A DNA stretch of 64,000 nt from contig CAVOVB010000001.1 of the NCBI GenBank assembly GCA_963699755.1, positions 800,001-864,000 on the forward strand, read 5' to 3'. Shown here one piece after another: positions 31,483 to 47,541 of the stretch. This DNA comes from an uncultured delta proteobacterium (GTDB taxonomy: Bacteria; Myxococcota_A; Polyangia; Polyangiales; Houyiibacteriaceae). Below the pieces are notes generated by a model, which saw only the letters and a list, made by a program, of their open reading frames with translations, did not search any database and had not been told where the DNA came from. Position 1 is the first letter of the stretch, and each line of letters opens with the position of its first letter. A program made the translations under genes and the position numbers.

Positions 31483-32955
31483 TTAGTCTGGCGCCGAGAG
31501 GTCCGAGCTACCCATGAGGAAGGTGTCGACAGCCTTGGCAGCGCCCCGGCCCTCGGCGATGCCCCAGACCACCAGGGACTGGCCGCGGCGGCAGTCGCCG
31601 GCAGCGAAGACGCCTTCGGTGCTGGTCGCATATTTGCCGTACTCCGCCTTGAAGTTGCTGCGCGCGTCGCGCTCGAGGCCGAGCTGCTCGGCAAGCGTAT
31701 CTTCTGGTCCGAGGAAGCCCATGGCGAGAAAGACGAGGTCGGCTTCGAAGATCTCGCCGGAGCCCGGCACTTCACCCATCCGCCACTTTCCGTCTGCATC
31801 CTTGGTCCATTCGACGCGCACCGTTTCGACTCCGGCGACGTTTCCGTTGCCATCGTCCAGGAAGCGCTTGCTGAGCACGCGATACTCGCGAGGGTCGTTC
31901 CCAAACTTCGCGGCGGCCTCCTGGTGGCCATAGTCCACCCGGAAGATCACCGGCCATTCGGGCCAGGGGTTGTCATCGGCACGCTCCGCCGGGGGTTTCG
32001 GCAAGAGCTCGAAGTTCACCAGGGAGGTGCAGCCATGACGAATCGAGGTTCCGATGCAGTCGGTTCCCGTATCACCACCACCGATGACGATGACTCGCTT
32101 TCCCTTCGCACTGATGTACTTCCCATCCTGGAGCTTGCTGTTCATGAGGCTCTTGGTGTTCTTGAGCAAGAACTCCATGGCGAAGTGGACACCCTTGAGC
32201 TTGCGTCCCGGAATCGGCAAGTCGCGTGGCCGGGTGGCGCCGCAGGCAAGCAACAAGGCGTCGTTCTCGCTTCGAATCTTCTGTGCGTCCTTGTTGACGC
32301 CGACGTGCGCGTTCGTGACGAATTCGACGCCCTCAGCGCGCATGATCTCGACCCGCCGATCCACGATGCCCTTGTCGAGCTTCATATTGGGTATGCCATA
32401 GGTCAGCAGGCCGCCGATCCGGTCATCTCGCTCGTAAACCGTCACACTGTGCCCCGCTCGATTGAGCTGCTGGGCGGCCGTTAGCCCCGCAGGGCCGCTG
32501 CCGATGATCGCGACCTTTTTGCCGGTCCGCTCATTAGGCGGCTCGGGCTGAACCCAACCCTCTTCGAAGCCCTTGTCGACGATTGCGCACTCGATGTTCT
32601 TGATGGTGACGGCGGGGTTGGTGATGCCGAGGACGCAGGCGCCTTCACAGGGGGCCGGACAAACACGGCCCGTGAACTCCGGGAAGTTATTCGTTTTGTG
32701 CAGGCGATCGAGCGCCTCGCGCCAACGTCCGCGGTAGACGAGGTCGTTCCACTCGGGAATCAGATTGTCGATCGGACAGCCGGTGGCCGATTGACAAAAT
32801 GGAACGCCGCAATCCATGCAGCGCGCGCCCTGCGTGCGAAGTTGCTCTTCGGGAACGTCGACCGTGAATTCGTCCCAGCCGGAAATTCGTTCCAGCGGGT
32901 CCCTGTACGGGACCGTCTCTCGCGCAAACTCTTTGAACCCAGTTGGCTTGCCCAT
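31483..32955 (-). CDS. gltD: Glutamate synthase small subunit
   Basis: [42 protein letters not shown]. Confidence 0.97.
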   Translation of the reverse strand: MGKPTGFKEFARETVPYRDPLERISGWDEFTVDVPEEQLRTQGARCMDCGVPFCQSATGCPIDNLIPEWNDLVYRGRWREALDRLHKTNNFPEFTGRVCPAPCEGACVLGITNPAVTIKNIECAIVDKGFEEGWVQPEPPNERTGKKVAIIGSGPAGLTAAQQLNRAGHSVTVYERDDRIGGLLTYGIPNMKLDKGIVDRRVEIMRAEGVEFVTNAHVGVNKDAQKIRSENDALLLACGATRPRDLPIPGRKLKGVHFAMEFLLKNTKSLMNSKLQDGKYISAKGKRVIVIGGGDTGTDCIGTSIRHGCTSLVNFELLPKPPAERADDNPWPEWPVIFRVDYGHQEAAAKFGNDPREYRVLSKRFLDDGNGNVAGVETVRVEWTKDADGKWRMGEVPGSGEIFEADLVFLAMGFLGPEDTLAEQLGLERDARSNFKAEYGKYATSTEGVFAAGDCRRGQSLVVWGIAEGRGAAKAVDTFLMGSSDLSAPD

Positions 32956-32959
32956 CGTC

Positions 32960-37555
<4,596 letters not shown>

Positions 37556-37557
37556 AT

Positions 37558-38109
37558 TCAGGTCGTTTGTGGGGTTTGTGGGCTTTCCGCAGAGCGGCGT
37601 GGACGTTTGCGCCGTCGCGCATCGGACGCAGGCTCACCCATGGGCAGGGCGATTTCTGCTCGCTCAGTGTGGGTCGAAAGCACCACCATCGTTTCGGTGC
37701 TAGCGACCCCTTCTATGGACCGGATGCGGCTGATGAGCTGCTCCAGATCCTCGGTATTTCGAGTCTTTACCTTGAGAAGCAGGGTGTGGCCACCGGTCAC
37801 GTGGTGACACTCGAGCACCTGCGGCACCGCGTCGACCCACTCCTCAAAGGCCGTTAAGAGCTTCGGGTCGCCGATCGAGACGCCGATGAAGGCTGCGATG
37901 TCGAGGCCGATCTTTCGGGCATCCAGAAACGCGTGATAACCCTTGATGATTCCTGCGTTTTCGAGCTTACGAACCCGCTCCATCACCGAGGGGGCGCTGA
38001 GACCCACCAAGGCGCCGATCTCCTTCAGAGAGCGCTTGCAATCGCTCTGCAGCTCGTCCAAGAGCTGCCGATCGATTTCATCCAGGATGTATCTTTCTCC
38101 TAAATTCAT
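37558..38109 (-). CDS. Lrp/AsnC family transcriptional regulator
   Basis: LDEIDRQLL..LQ HTH, ERVRKLE..GII, ECHHVTG; 2 bp upstream of gltB. Confidence 0.93.
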   Translation of the reverse strand: MNLGERYILDEIDRQLLDELQSDCKRSLKEIGALVGLSAPSVMERVRKLENAGIIKGYHAFLDARKIGLDIAAFIGVSIGDPKLLTAFEEWVDAVPQVLECHHVTGGHTLLLKVKTRNTEDLEQLISRIRSIEGVASTETMVVLSTHTERAEIALPMGEPASDARRRKRPRRSAESPQTPQTT

Positions 38110-38251
38110 TAGGCCAAAACCCCAAGAAGCCTAATAGATAGTGCTTGTTTGTCCAGAGGTCAATCGTTGGGCCGATGGAAAAAATGACCTTGGTAATTCA
38201 ATTGTAGATGTAATACTTTGTTGATAGCGGCACGGATGCATCCATGTCGCG

Positions 38252-39508
38252 GTGATCGAAGGTTTGATGAAGGAATCGACTGCCATCGACGAGGGGTCCC
38301 GGCGTCCTCGGCGCCTAGATGGGCTGTCACGAGAGCTCCAATCGAACGCGCCTTCGAAGATCGGCCGCTATGAGCTCTGCTTTGAGCTGGCCTCGGGCGG
38401 AATGGCGAGCGTTCACCTCGCGCGGGTGGAGGGTAACCCCGGCTTCGAGAAGCTCGTCGCGCTCAAGCGGATCCACCCTCATCTCGCTCAGGAACGAGAA
38501 TACGTCGAGATGTTCCTCGACGAGGCGCGCATCGCTTCGCGGATCACGCACAGCAACGTTTGCAGCGTTTTCGATTTCGGCGAAGTCGACGGCGAGTATT
38601 TCATTGCGATGGAGTACCTCGTGGGCGAGCCGCTGTCCCGTGTTCAGCGCCGTGTCCTTTCGGACGCAGATCAGCGTCGATCGACGCAGCTACCAGCCCG
38701 CATGGCGCGCATCATCGCGCAAGCGTGCGAAGGGCTTCACGCGGCGCACGAGCTCAAGGACGCCGACGGAGAGTCACTGCACGTCGTTCACCGGGACGTC
38801 TCGGCGGACAACCTCTTCGTGACCTATGATGGTGCGACCCAGGTCGTCGACTTCGGCATCGCGCACGCTCGGCAGCGCGCCCACGAGACCGACGCAGGGC
38901 AGCTCAAGGGTACCTTCCCGTACATGGCACCCGAGCAGATGACCGCGGCGGTCGTCGATCGCCGGGTCGACGTGTGGGCATTGGGTGCAGTGCTCTGGGA
39001 GTTGCTCACCCTCCGGAAGCTGTTTCTGCGGGATAGCGACGTGAACACGATGTACGCTGTCCTCTCAGGGGAGATTCGCCCGCCATCGGACTTTCGAAGC
39101 GACGTCTCCGAAGAGCTCGATGACATCGTGCTCAAAGCGCTTCAGCGAAGCCCAGACGAACGTTGGCAAAGTGCCCGGGAGATGGGCAAGGCGCTTCGAC
39201 GTTACCTGGCCAAGCAGGAAGAGTTGGTCGGCCCAGCCGAGATTGCGGACTGGATGGCGGAGCTCTTCCCGAACGGGGAGCTGAGGAAGCGCGAGCTCAT
39301 GGAAATCGCGCGGATCAACAGGACAAACATCGAATCCGATCCGACGGTTCCAGTCGAGCTGGAGAGCACCTCGAATGCCTCGCAAGTCCCGGTCAGCTTC
39401 GTTCAGCGCACGCCACCGGCGCCGCCACTGCCTGCGAGTCTACTGCTGATGCTAATTGGGGTGGTGATGGTCTTGGCCGTCGCCACGTTGGACTGGCTGC
39501 GGCAGTAG
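38252..39508 (+). CDS. Eukaryotic-like Ser/Thr protein kinase with C-terminal TM helix
   Basis: LASGGMA, ALK, HRDVSADN, DFGIA, YMAPE, DVWALG. Confidence 0.93.
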   Translation: MIEGLMKESTAIDEGSRRPRRLDGLSRELQSNAPSKIGRYELCFELASGGMASVHLARVEGNPGFEKLVALKRIHPHLAQEREYVEMFLDEARIASRITHSNVCSVFDFGEVDGEYFIAMEYLVGEPLSRVQRRVLSDADQRRSTQLPARMARIIAQACEGLHAAHELKDADGESLHVVHRDVSADNLFVTYDGATQVVDFGIAHARQRAHETDAGQLKGTFPYMAPEQMTAAVVDRRVDVWALGAVLWELLTLRKLFLRDSDVNTMYAVLSGEIRPPSDFRSDVSEELDDIVLKALQRSPDERWQSAREMGKALRRYLAKQEELVGPAEIADWMAELFPNGELRKRELMEIARINRTNIESDPTVPVELESTSNASQVPVSFVQRTPPAPPLPASLLLMLIGVVMVLAVATLDWLRQ

Positions 39509-40234
39509 CGTCATCAAGCTGAACGCAAAGTAGGGCGGGCCTGCCGCATGGATCAGACCTCTGAGGCGGCCACGGCGGTCGAGCACCGGGGCGCCAGAGC
39601 TTCCTTCGCGAATCGGACAAGAGGAAAGCAACCGTATCGAAGGAGCCGGTGCCGAGCGAGCGAGGCGACCGTTGTCGTCGACGATGCAGCGACGGCTTCG
39701 CACCTGGTGAACGTCGTCGTAGAAGCGGTCCGCGGTCACCGAAAGCACCCGGACGACCTCGCCCGGGGGAACCTCTCCTTCTCCGAGAGGGATGGGAGGG
39801 CGTGCAAGGGCGCGACCGAGCTTCAAGACCGCGTAGTCCGGAGAGAGAAGGCTAGCCCCCGGCATCGAGACCGACTCGATCCGCTCACAGCCCACCCATT
39901 CGGGCAGCCGGCCCTCTGAACCGGCAAACCCCAACCAGAGGCCATCGCATGCGCCTCTGCCCGAAAGCTCCCAAGCCACGCAATGCCCGGCGGTGACCGC
40001 GGTGCGCGGGCCGATCAAGGCGGCGGTGCAACGGCTAGGTTCGCTGGGCGCTGAAAGTCCGACCAGTAGGGCGACCGATTCGTGACAGACTTCGCCTGCG
40101 GGACAGGAAACCTGGTATCGCGGCGGCCGGGAATCGATGTAGCCTGCGCTCGGTGAAGAGGTCGCCGCGCACGCCGTCAACGAAAGGAGTGCCGCTACTG
40201 AGACCCCTTGGAACCACCGTGTCCTGCCCCTCAT
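39452..40234 (-). CDS. Trypsin-like serine protease lipoprotein
   Basis: TAGHC, DYAVL and GSSGAP catalytic triad motifs; LTAC lipobox. Confidence 0.8.
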   Translation of the reverse strand: MRGRTRWFQGVSVAALLSLTACAATSSPSAGYIDSRPPRYQVSCPAGEVCHESVALLVGLSAPSEPSRCTAALIGPRTAVTAGHCVAWELSGRGACDGLWLGFAGSEGRLPEWVGCERIESVSMPGASLLSPDYAVLKLGRALARPPIPLGEGEVPPGEVVRVLSVTADRFYDDVHQVRSRRCIVDDNGRLARSAPAPSIRLLSSCPIREGSSGAPVLDRRGRLRGLIHAAGPPYFAFSLMTLLPQPVQRGDGQDHHHPN

Positions 40235-40329
40235 CCGATCAAGGTATCAAGCCTGCAGGACGGCGTCACATGCCGCATTTTTCGTGGGTTTCTTGTTCGA
40301 AAAAGGCAAATTCGGTACAAGCGATCGGG

Positions 40330-41619
40330 ATGCTCCGCACGCTCGGGATCGCCATGCTGTACTTGGCCGCGTCGACTTCGTCCCGAGCGAAGGCAGACGC
40401 GCCTATCGTGATCGTGAAGCCGGGCGACGCACTCAGCTCGATTGCGAAACACGCCGGCGTGTCGGTCCAGCAGATCAAGACTTGGAACCGGCTCAACGGC
40501 GACATGATCCGAATTGGCCAGCGGCTCGTCGTCGGTCCCGATACAGCCGAAGTGCCGGATGAAGACGAGATCGATTGGACCCCACCCTTCGACTACCCAG
40601 TTCCAGCCAAAGAGAGCCCATCGCAAGACAGACCGCGAATCGCGGCATGGGATCCGTCCAGCGCCGTCGCCACGCGAATCCCCGACGAAGCGGATGACGC
40701 GACGAAGCCCAAGCCAGGAAGAACCTACCGTGTTCAGAAAGGCGACACGCTCACCGGCATCGCGCTCAGACATGCTACGACGATTGCGGAGCTGCTCGCA
40801 TCGAACCCGGGCCTCAAGGCCGACCAGATCTTCCCGGGCCAGACAATCGATGTCGGCGCACCGAGGCCCGAAGTGTTGTTCAAGCTCGAGCGCGGAGACA
40901 GCTTGCTTGCCGTTGCCGATCGCTACGAGGTCAGCTCACGCGACCTGAGCCGCTGGAACGCGCACCTGAGCCATCGAGACCCGCGCCCCGGCACGGACAT
41001 TCGCATCTACACGAGAGTGCCCGTGAGTCCCTCGGAAGCAGTCGGACCTACCAACCGGGGACGGCTAGAAAGCGGGGTGCGTCTACCACCGCACCGTGGC
41101 TACCTGATCCGTACGCCAGCACGCGCATACGGCACCGAGGAGACGACGCGTTGGATAGTCGAGGCATTCGACGCCGTCCATTCGAAGTTCAAGCACAGCA
41201 AGGTCGTTCGCATCCACGACATCAGTGACCGCGACGGCGGCAGGCTGCGCGACCACAAGAGCCACCAAAACGGACGCGACGTCGACATGAGTTACTACCA
41301 GAACGAGTGCGGCTCCAACGGCTGCGAGTTCGAAGTATTCCGGTCGTCGGAGCTCGACGTCGCCCGGCAATGGACTTTGCTCGAGCACTGGCTCCGCCAC
41401 GGACAGGCGGAAATGATCTTCATCGACTATCGACTGCAAGCCAAGCTCTACCGCTACGCAAAGCGCAAAGGGGTCACCAAGGCGCAGCTCGATCGCTGGA
41501 TTCAATATCCGCGTGGCAAGTACGAGCCGATGGGCGTGATTCGACACTTCCGGAACCACGAAGATCACCTTCACGTCCGCTTCGTCTGCCCGTACTCCGA
41601 TCTCAAATGCCGGCCCTGA
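40330..41619 (+). CDS. LysM-repeat penicillin-insensitive murein endopeptidase (MepA-like)
   Basis: Three LysM-like repeats (VKPGDAL, VQKGDTL, LERGDSL), HKSHQNGRDVD and HEDHLHVR metal ligands. Confidence 0.88.
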   Translation: MLRTLGIAMLYLAASTSSRAKADAPIVIVKPGDALSSIAKHAGVSVQQIKTWNRLNGDMIRIGQRLVVGPDTAEVPDEDEIDWTPPFDYPVPAKESPSQDRPRIAAWDPSSAVATRIPDEADDATKPKPGRTYRVQKGDTLTGIALRHATTIAELLASNPGLKADQIFPGQTIDVGAPRPEVLFKLERGDSLLAVADRYEVSSRDLSRWNAHLSHRDPRPGTDIRIYTRVPVSPSEAVGPTNRGRLESGVRLPPHRGYLIRTPARAYGTEETTRWIVEAFDAVHSKFKHSKVVRIHDISDRDGGRLRDHKSHQNGRDVDMSYYQNECGSNGCEFEVFRSSELDVARQWTLLEHWLRHGQAEMIFIDYRLQAKLYRYAKRKGVTKAQLDRWIQYPRGKYEPMGVIRHFRNHEDHLHVRFVCPYSDLKCRP

Positions 41620-42250
41620 GAGTTGACGCGCCAGACGCCGGCCCAGAAGCCGGGCCGAATAGTGCATCTTCGAGCTTGCGCATCGCTTGAGCCCGTGCGT
41701 TGATTCGCAGCCGCTGCGCGGGCGTCATTTCGCCATAGGTGATCGCGTAGCCGTCAGGCAAGAACATCGGCTCGAAGCCGTGGCCCAGCTCTCCGCGAAT
41801 CGGCCAAACCAAGGTCCCAAACGTCTGGCCACGAAAGGTCCTGGTGCGGCCATCCGGCCAAGCGACGCAGAGGACGCAAACGTAGATGGCTCGGCGACTC
41901 GCCTGCTCGCCGAGCTCTTGAAGCCGCACCTCGACGAGGCGTCGAGCGACATCGAAATCGCGCGCTTCGCCTGCCCAGCGCGCCGTATGAATGCCGGGTT
42001 CACCGCCGAGGGCAGGTACGGCGACACCCGAATCATCGGCGAGGGCCGTCCGGCCCGTGGCGCGCGCAGCCGCCAGCGCTTTGAGCTCGGCATTGGCTTC
42101 GAAGGTTGCGCCGGTCTCCTCGGGCTCGGGAAGGCCAATGTTCTTCGCTGAGACCAGTCGGACCGGGAGGTTCGCAAACAGCGCGTTGAGCTCCCGCACT
42201 TTGCCGGCGTTGTGACTCGCGAGGACCCATTCGTCGAAGGTCTGGGTCAT
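41603..42250 (-). CDS. rdgB: Non-canonical purine NTP pyrophosphatase (RdgB/HAM1)
   Basis: [45 protein letters not shown]. Confidence 0.9.
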   Translation of the reverse strand: MTQTFDEWVLASHNAGKVRELNALFANLPVRLVSAKNIGLPEPEETGATFEANAELKALAAARATGRTALADDSGVAVPALGGEPGIHTARWAGEARDFDVARRLVEVRLQELGEQASRRAIYVCVLCVAWPDGRTRTFRGQTFGTLVWPIRGELGHGFEPMFLPDGYAITYGEMTPAQRLRINARAQAMRKLEDALFGPASGPASGASTLRAGI

Positions 42251-44652
42251 TGGTTTGCACGTGTGAATGGCAAGGGAGGCGGTGCGCTCTCGGTGAAGCT
42301 CGGATAGGGCTTGCGCCGGTCGAGTTGCTTCTGAAAGACTGCGGGCTTGGGCGTCGGCAGATCGCAGCGGCCGCGTTCGCAGACATAGGCTGTGGTCTTG
42401 CCGCCCAATGCGCGCTTCGCTTCGAGCCAGGGGATGACCACTTCTTGTTGACTTGCTTCGACGTCGGTCAGAACCGTGAAGGCCTTGTTCGGCACGAAGG
42501 CCGCCCGGAGGCGGTCATTGAGCGGGCTTGCTTGTTGCCGGTCGGCCGGGGCGATCAGTGCAATTTCGAGGGGCGTGTCGTAGTAGCGATCGAGGGCCAC
42601 CAGGAGCAAGGGAAAGTCCGCCGGTGAACGAGTCACGTGGAAAGCCAGCGATGCGAACAGGCGCTCGGCACGGCTCCTCCATTTCTCCTCTCCGGTGAAG
42701 TCCTGCAGACGGAGAAGGTTGTTGGCGGAAACGGAGTTCCCGGAGGGAACCGCCTGGTCATAGGCAGGCTTTTCCCGAACCAGCAGGGTTTCGGCTCCGC
42801 TTGCAGTGAGGTAGTAGCCGCCGCTCTGGGTGTCGAGGTAGCGGAGGTCCTGGTCGGTTTGAAGCTCGACTGCACGCTTGATCCACTCCGGGTCGCCGGT
42901 CGCTTCGTAGAGGTCGAGGCAGGCCGCCACCATGAAGGCGTAGTCATCGAGAAACGAAGCACTGCCCTTCTTTCCCTCGCGGTAGCTTCGGACGAGCGCG
43001 CCATCCTTCGCGCGCATCCGTTCCAACACGAAGCGGGCCGCGCGAACGGCGATATCGACGTACTGGGCTTCAGCGAGCACCCAGCCTCCTTGCGCAAAAG
43101 CGGCAATCATCATGCCGTTCCACGCCGCGATGATCTTCTCGTCGCGCATGGGCGGCGGGCGTGAGGCCCGGGCCTCGTAAAGGGCTGCCCGTGCGCGCGC
43201 GAGCGTTTCGGCGACCCGCTCGACGGGAATACGGAGCTCGGAGGCGACCTCTCGATCTGTCTTGTTGCGGTGAAGGATGTTTCGGCCTTCGAAGCTTCCG
43301 GGCTCGGTCACGCCGTAGGCGGCAGAGACGATGGCAGCGCTGTCTCGCCCCAGCAGCTCTTCGAGCTCGCCCGAAGTCCAGGTGAAGAACCAGCCCTCTT
43401 CTTCGTGACCAGCAGGATTCAGGCTGTCCGCATCGGTGGCCGAGTAGAAGCCGCCTTCGAGAGATGTCATCTCGCGAGCGACATAGTCTAGAACCTCCCG
43501 CGCGATGCGCGCGTAGCCTGGATCGCCCGTGTGCTGCCAGGCCTGCAGATAGATGACCGCAAGCTGGGCATTGTCGTAGAGCATCTTCTCGAAATGCGGC
43601 ACGATCCATTGCGCATCGGTCGAGTAACGGTGGAAGCCGCCCCCGACATGGTCGTAGATGCCGCCCGCTGCCATCTTGTCGAGCGTGGTGGACACCATCG
43701 CCGTCGTTCCCTGGTCACGCGTTCGGCGCGCATAGCGTAAGAGGAGCGCCAGCCGCGACGGCTGCGGGAACTTCGGTGCGCCACCGAAGCCTCCGTCAAC
43801 GGGATCAAAGGCCCGGGCGAGGTCCTGCGCAGCCGCCGCGATTACCTTGTCGCTCGGTACGCCGGGCCCGGGCCGAAACGCAGCCGCCCGCTCGACGCGC
43901 TGGCTCAGGTCCTGTGCGCGCGCGACGACTTGGGTTGGCTCGCTCATGTAGACGGCGACCATCTCGGTGAGGATGTCGATCAATCCGGCTCTGTGCCCAC
44001 GCATCCCTCTTCGAGGTGGGAAGTAGGTCCCACCGAAGAACGGCTCCTTGTCGGGAGTCATGATGACGGTCATCGGCCATCCCCCCCGTCCTGTGAGAAT
44101 GTTGACCGCCGTCATGTAGACGCTGTCGATGTCGGGCCGTTCTTCTCGGTCGACCTTGATCGCGACGAAGTGACGATTGAGATAGGCGGCGATCTCCTCG
44201 TCTTCGAACGACTCCCGCTCCATCACATGGCACCAGTGACAGGTCGAATAGCCCACCGATAGGAAGATCGGCTTGTTCTCTCGCTTGGCGCGCGCGAAGG
44301 CCTCGTCAGACCAGGCGTACCAGTTGACCGGGTTGTGCGCGTGCTGGAGCAGATACGGGCTCGACTCCAGGATCAAGCGATTGGTGAAGCGCGGCGAACC
44401 GTCTTCGTTCAGACGGCGAGTCCGCGGCACGTAGCTCGGGCCCCGCGAGGCGAGCGACTGGTCGAGTCGTTGCTGCAGGGCCGCATCGATGGTCGCGACC
44501 CCGGGCAGGTCGGGGTCGCTCTCGGTGCCTGCGCTCGGCTTGGCGCTCGGCCCGGCCCGGCTCTCGGGAACCGGGTCGCAGCCGAAGCCAGGCAACGTTG
44601 CGGCAGCAAGCAGGAACAACGCTCCAAAAGGACTTGGTGAGAATCGGTTCAT
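42247..44652 (-). CDS. DUF255 thioredoxin-domain protein (YyaL/SPATA20-like) with lipoprotein-like N-terminus
   Basis: [40 protein letters not shown]. Confidence 0.92.
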   Translation of the reverse strand: MNRFSPSPFGALFLLAAATLPGFGCDPVPESRAGPSAKPSAGTESDPDLPGVATIDAALQQRLDQSLASRGPSYVPRTRRLNEDGSPRFTNRLILESSPYLLQHAHNPVNWYAWSDEAFARAKRENKPIFLSVGYSTCHWCHVMERESFEDEEIAAYLNRHFVAIKVDREERPDIDSVYMTAVNILTGRGGWPMTVIMTPDKEPFFGGTYFPPRRGMRGHRAGLIDILTEMVAVYMSEPTQVVARAQDLSQRVERAAAFRPGPGVPSDKVIAAAAQDLARAFDPVDGGFGGAPKFPQPSRLALLLRYARRTRDQGTTAMVSTTLDKMAAGGIYDHVGGGFHRYSTDAQWIVPHFEKMLYDNAQLAVIYLQAWQHTGDPGYARIAREVLDYVAREMTSLEGGFYSATDADSLNPAGHEEEGWFFTWTSGELEELLGRDSAAIVSAAYGVTEPGSFEGRNILHRNKTDREVASELRIPVERVAETLARARAALYEARASRPPPMRDEKIIAAWNGMMIAAFAQGGWVLAEAQYVDIAVRAARFVLERMRAKDGALVRSYREGKKGSASFLDDYAFMVAACLDLYEATGDPEWIKRAVELQTDQDLRYLDTQSGGYYLTASGAETLLVREKPAYDQAVPSGNSVSANNLLRLQDFTGEEKWRSRAERLFASLAFHVTRSPADFPLLLVALDRYYDTPLEIALIAPADRQQASPLNDRLRAAFVPNKAFTVLTDVEASQQEVVIPWLEAKRALGGKTTAYVCERGRCDLPTPKPAVFQKQLDRRKPYPSFTESAPPPLPFTRANQ

Positions 44653-44819
44653 TTTGCCCAAACGCCAATGAGAACGGGAGCTTGCGGAGACCTGCTCGTA
44701 AGGCTAGAGGAAGTGGATCGCAACCGGATGCAAGACCATCGCGTCCGTGATAGACGAGCGGCTCCGTTTTCTGGTCCCCTAGGGCCGGCTCCTACCCGAA
44801 TTCCGAGGATTTGTAATCG

Positions 44820-45782
44820 ATGGCTGAGAACACTCCTTCCATGTCACCTAGAGTATTCGAGCATACCAGTCGTAAAGATTGGGGCCGATCGGTGCTCGTT
44901 CTTGAGATTCCGGACAAGCGCACCTTTCTTTTCGAAGACGGCGCGGAGCGCAGCTTCCGGCCCGATTACTGGCACAAAATGGAGCTCGTCGAGGTTCAGC
45001 CCAACGAGGCCGTGCGCATCGACCGGATCGCGCGTCGCAACCAGGCGCCGGCCCCGGGCTCGAGTCGGAAGTCGAAGGCACCCCCCAAGAAGCCCGATAT
45101 CACGTTCGAGCAGCAGGTCGCCTACTTCATGACCCTTTACCCGGTCGGATTCGAAGATGAGGCGTACATCAAGACGGAGCGGGGAGAGCCGAAGGGCAAG
45201 GGCGCCGAAAAGCTCAAGGACGCTGCGATCGAGCGCGCCGAGGATCTCCTCAGCCAGAAGAACCTGGACGATCTGATCGGAAACGCGAGCTACGAAGAGG
45301 TGCATCAGTTGATCTACGATCTCCTGACGGGCACGAAGAGCACGGTCCAGAAGGCCGAAGCGACTCGCTTCAAGAATCTGCCTGAAGACAGTCGTGAGAC
45401 GGTCGCGATGGCCCTTCAAGAGCTGCTCTACGGCGATCGCAGCTATGCGCTTCGCTTCGACTCCTTCGTCGCGGCACTAGACGTCGAGGACGGCGCGACC
45501 TGGCCACTGTCGACCTTGCTCCCCGCGCTCGTCTATCCAGCCGACCATCTGTTCGTAAAGCCGACCTTCATGAAGAAGCAAGCGCTGATCCTGGACATCG
45601 ACCCCAAATACGACACCACGCCGAACTCAGTGACCTACATGCAGTTCCTCGAGGCCGCCCACAAGACGATGGAGCTGCTGCAACAAGCCGGACAGCGACC
45701 GCGCGACCTCTGGGACGTGCACGTCTTCGTGTGCAAGACGCTGAGCCCAAAGGCGATCAAAGAGGCCACCGGCGCCGCCTAG
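44820..45782 (+). CDS. Hypothetical protein (DUF3553-like N-terminus)
   Basis: 320-aa ORF with coding-like codon bias; H...DWG N-terminus, WPL.T..P...P..H.FVKP and PRDLWD motifs. Confidence 0.75.
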   Translation: MAENTPSMSPRVFEHTSRKDWGRSVLVLEIPDKRTFLFEDGAERSFRPDYWHKMELVEVQPNEAVRIDRIARRNQAPAPGSSRKSKAPPKKPDITFEQQVAYFMTLYPVGFEDEAYIKTERGEPKGKGAEKLKDAAIERAEDLLSQKNLDDLIGNASYEEVHQLIYDLLTGTKSTVQKAEATRFKNLPEDSRETVAMALQELLYGDRSYALRFDSFVAALDVEDGATWPLSTLLPALVYPADHLFVKPTFMKKQALILDIDPKYDTTPNSVTYMQFLEAAHKTMELLQQAGQRPRDLWDVHVFVCKTLSPKAIKEATGAA

Positions 45783-45795
45783 ATCGAGCCACGGG

Positions 45796-46779
45796 ATGAA
45801 GGCGCTGGTCCGAGCGGAATCGTGGCCGATTCGAGGTGGATTTCGAATCTCGCGTGGAGCTCGGGCTGCGGCTGAGGTGCTGGTTCTCGAGCTCGCGGAC
45901 GGCGGACAGGTGGGTCGCGGCGAGTGCGTGCCCTATGCGCGGTACGGGGAGTCGATCGACTCGGTCTCGGCCGAAATCGAAACAGCTTGCAGGAGCTTGC
46001 AACGTGCGCGCGCGCGCGAACAACTAGGCACCATGCAGGCGGGTGCTGCGCGAAACGCGATCGACTGTGCACTGTGGGACCTGGAGGCCAAGCAGACCGG
46101 GACGGCAGTCTGGAAGCTTGCGGGCCTCGGCTCGCCGCCCCGGGCGGTTCACAGCATGCGCACGGTCAGCGTCGACAGCGCCGAGAGGATGAAGAAGGCC
46201 GCCGCCGAGCTCGCTTGGGCGCGCGTGATCAAGGTGAAAGTGGACGGCGGCCCCGACATGGATCGTATCTCGGCTGTGCACGAAGGGGCGCCCGACGCTT
46301 CGCTGGTGATCGATGCCAACGAAGCCTGGTCGGCGGAGCAACTCCAGGCCTGGCTCCCGTTATGCCCGAACCTGGGTGTGGTCCTGCTCGAACAGCCGCT
46401 CCCGGCGGACAACGACTCGGCACTGGATGGGCTCCCACACAGCGTGCCGATTTGTGCCGACGAGTCGTTTCACGATCGGCGTTCGTTTTCCCGCATCCGG
46501 GGTCGCTACGAGATGGTCAACATCAAGCTAGACAAGACGGGCGGGCTCAGCGAAGCGCTCTACTGCGTCGGGGAAGCACAGCGCCTGGGCTTGCAGCTCA
46601 TGGTTGGATGCATGGTCAGCACTTCCCTGGCCATCGAGCCAGCTCTGCTTCTGGTCTCGGAAGCCAAGTACGTCGACTTGGACGGCCCCTTGCTCTTGGA
46701 GCGCGATCGAGAGGGTGCCCTTCACGACAAGGACACTAGCCTGCTGCGACCATCAGGCTCGATTTGGGGCACCCCGTAG
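45796..46779 (+). CDS. L-Ala-D/L-Glu (dipeptide) epimerase / N-acetyl-D-Glu racemase family
   Basis: F.ISRG, GECVPY..YGES, IKVK, DANEAW, EQPL, ADES, NIKLDKTGG, GCMV, DLDGPL. Confidence 0.9.
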   Translation: MKALVRAESWPIRGGFRISRGARAAAEVLVLELADGGQVGRGECVPYARYGESIDSVSAEIETACRSLQRARAREQLGTMQAGAARNAIDCALWDLEAKQTGTAVWKLAGLGSPPRAVHSMRTVSVDSAERMKKAAAELAWARVIKVKVDGGPDMDRISAVHEGAPDASLVIDANEAWSAEQLQAWLPLCPNLGVVLLEQPLPADNDSALDGLPHSVPICADESFHDRRSFSRIRGRYEMVNIKLDKTGGLSEALYCVGEAQRLGLQLMVGCMVSTSLAIEPALLLVSEAKYVDLDGPLLLERDREGALHDKDTSLLRPSGSIWGTP

Positions 46780-47541
46780 GAAAGACACGGCCCCACGAAT
46801 TACGTCGGGGTGGTTCATCACGAACGTGTGGACCGCGGGGACGATGTGGTGCTCGCTCGAACCTTCAAGGCGAGTTTCCTCGACCCGCACCAGGCCGTCG
46901 CCCAGCACACCGGCGGCATCCCCTGCGAAGATCGCAGTGGGAACATCGGGCACCGGAAGGGTGGCTGCAAAGCCTTCGGCGATCTGTACATAGGACGGGC
47001 CGAGAATGCGCCGCATGACGCCCCCCTTGTCGAGCGAGCCGGCAAGCGTCGCACCTTGATTGGGCGGGGCCAGCATCACGACGCGCTCGACGACCGACCG
47101 CCAGGGCGCATCGTAGCTGAGTAGCTGCCTTACGATGAGAGCACCGAGGCTGTGCGACGCAAACGAGAGCTTCGTCGGAGTAGGCACCTGGTCGAGCAGC
47201 TCGGCAAGCGTCGCGGCGTGATCTTGAATCGACTTCCGGGTGCTCGGATAGTCGAGACGCGCGGTCGTAAAGCCTGCTCCTTGAAGTGCCTGATCCAGAC
47301 GCGCAAGCGAGCGACGTGTCCGGCCTAGGCCGTGCAGCAAGACGACGAGATGATCGGCCGGGTCTACAACAGGCTGCGCCTCTTCGAGCGCGCGCATGCA
47401 ACGTTCTGCTGAGCCACGGCATACGATCCATCCCGCCGGGTTGAGGAGACGAGAGCCAGACCTCTCCCAATGGCGTTGCAGTCGCCAACCGTTCCGCCAT
47501 CGCACGTCGGCCCACAACTGGGTGCCGGGTGGCTCGATCAT
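46753..47541 (-). CDS. Alpha/beta hydrolase (PGAP1/lipase-like)
   Basis: LLHGLGR, SHSLG nucleophile elbow, APPNQG, DGLV, HTF. Confidence 0.85.
   Translation of the reverse strand: MIEPPGTQLWADVRWRNGWRLQRHWERSGSRLLNPAGWIVCRGSAERCMRALEEAQPVVDPADHLVVLLHGLGRTRRSLARLDQALQGAGFTTARLDYPSTRKSIQDHAATLAELLDQVPTPTKLSFASHSLGALIVRQLLSYDAPWRSVVERVVMLAPPNQGATLAGSLDKGGVMRRILGPSYVQIAEGFAATLPVPDVPTAIFAGDAAGVLGDGLVRVEETRLEGSSEHHIVPAVHTFVMNHPDVIRGAVSFLRGAPNRA

Noticed and set aside
44671..44772. Imperfect long stem in the divergent intergenic region
   Set aside because: Pairing is weak for GC-rich DNA and matches no riboswitch or ncRNA I recognise.
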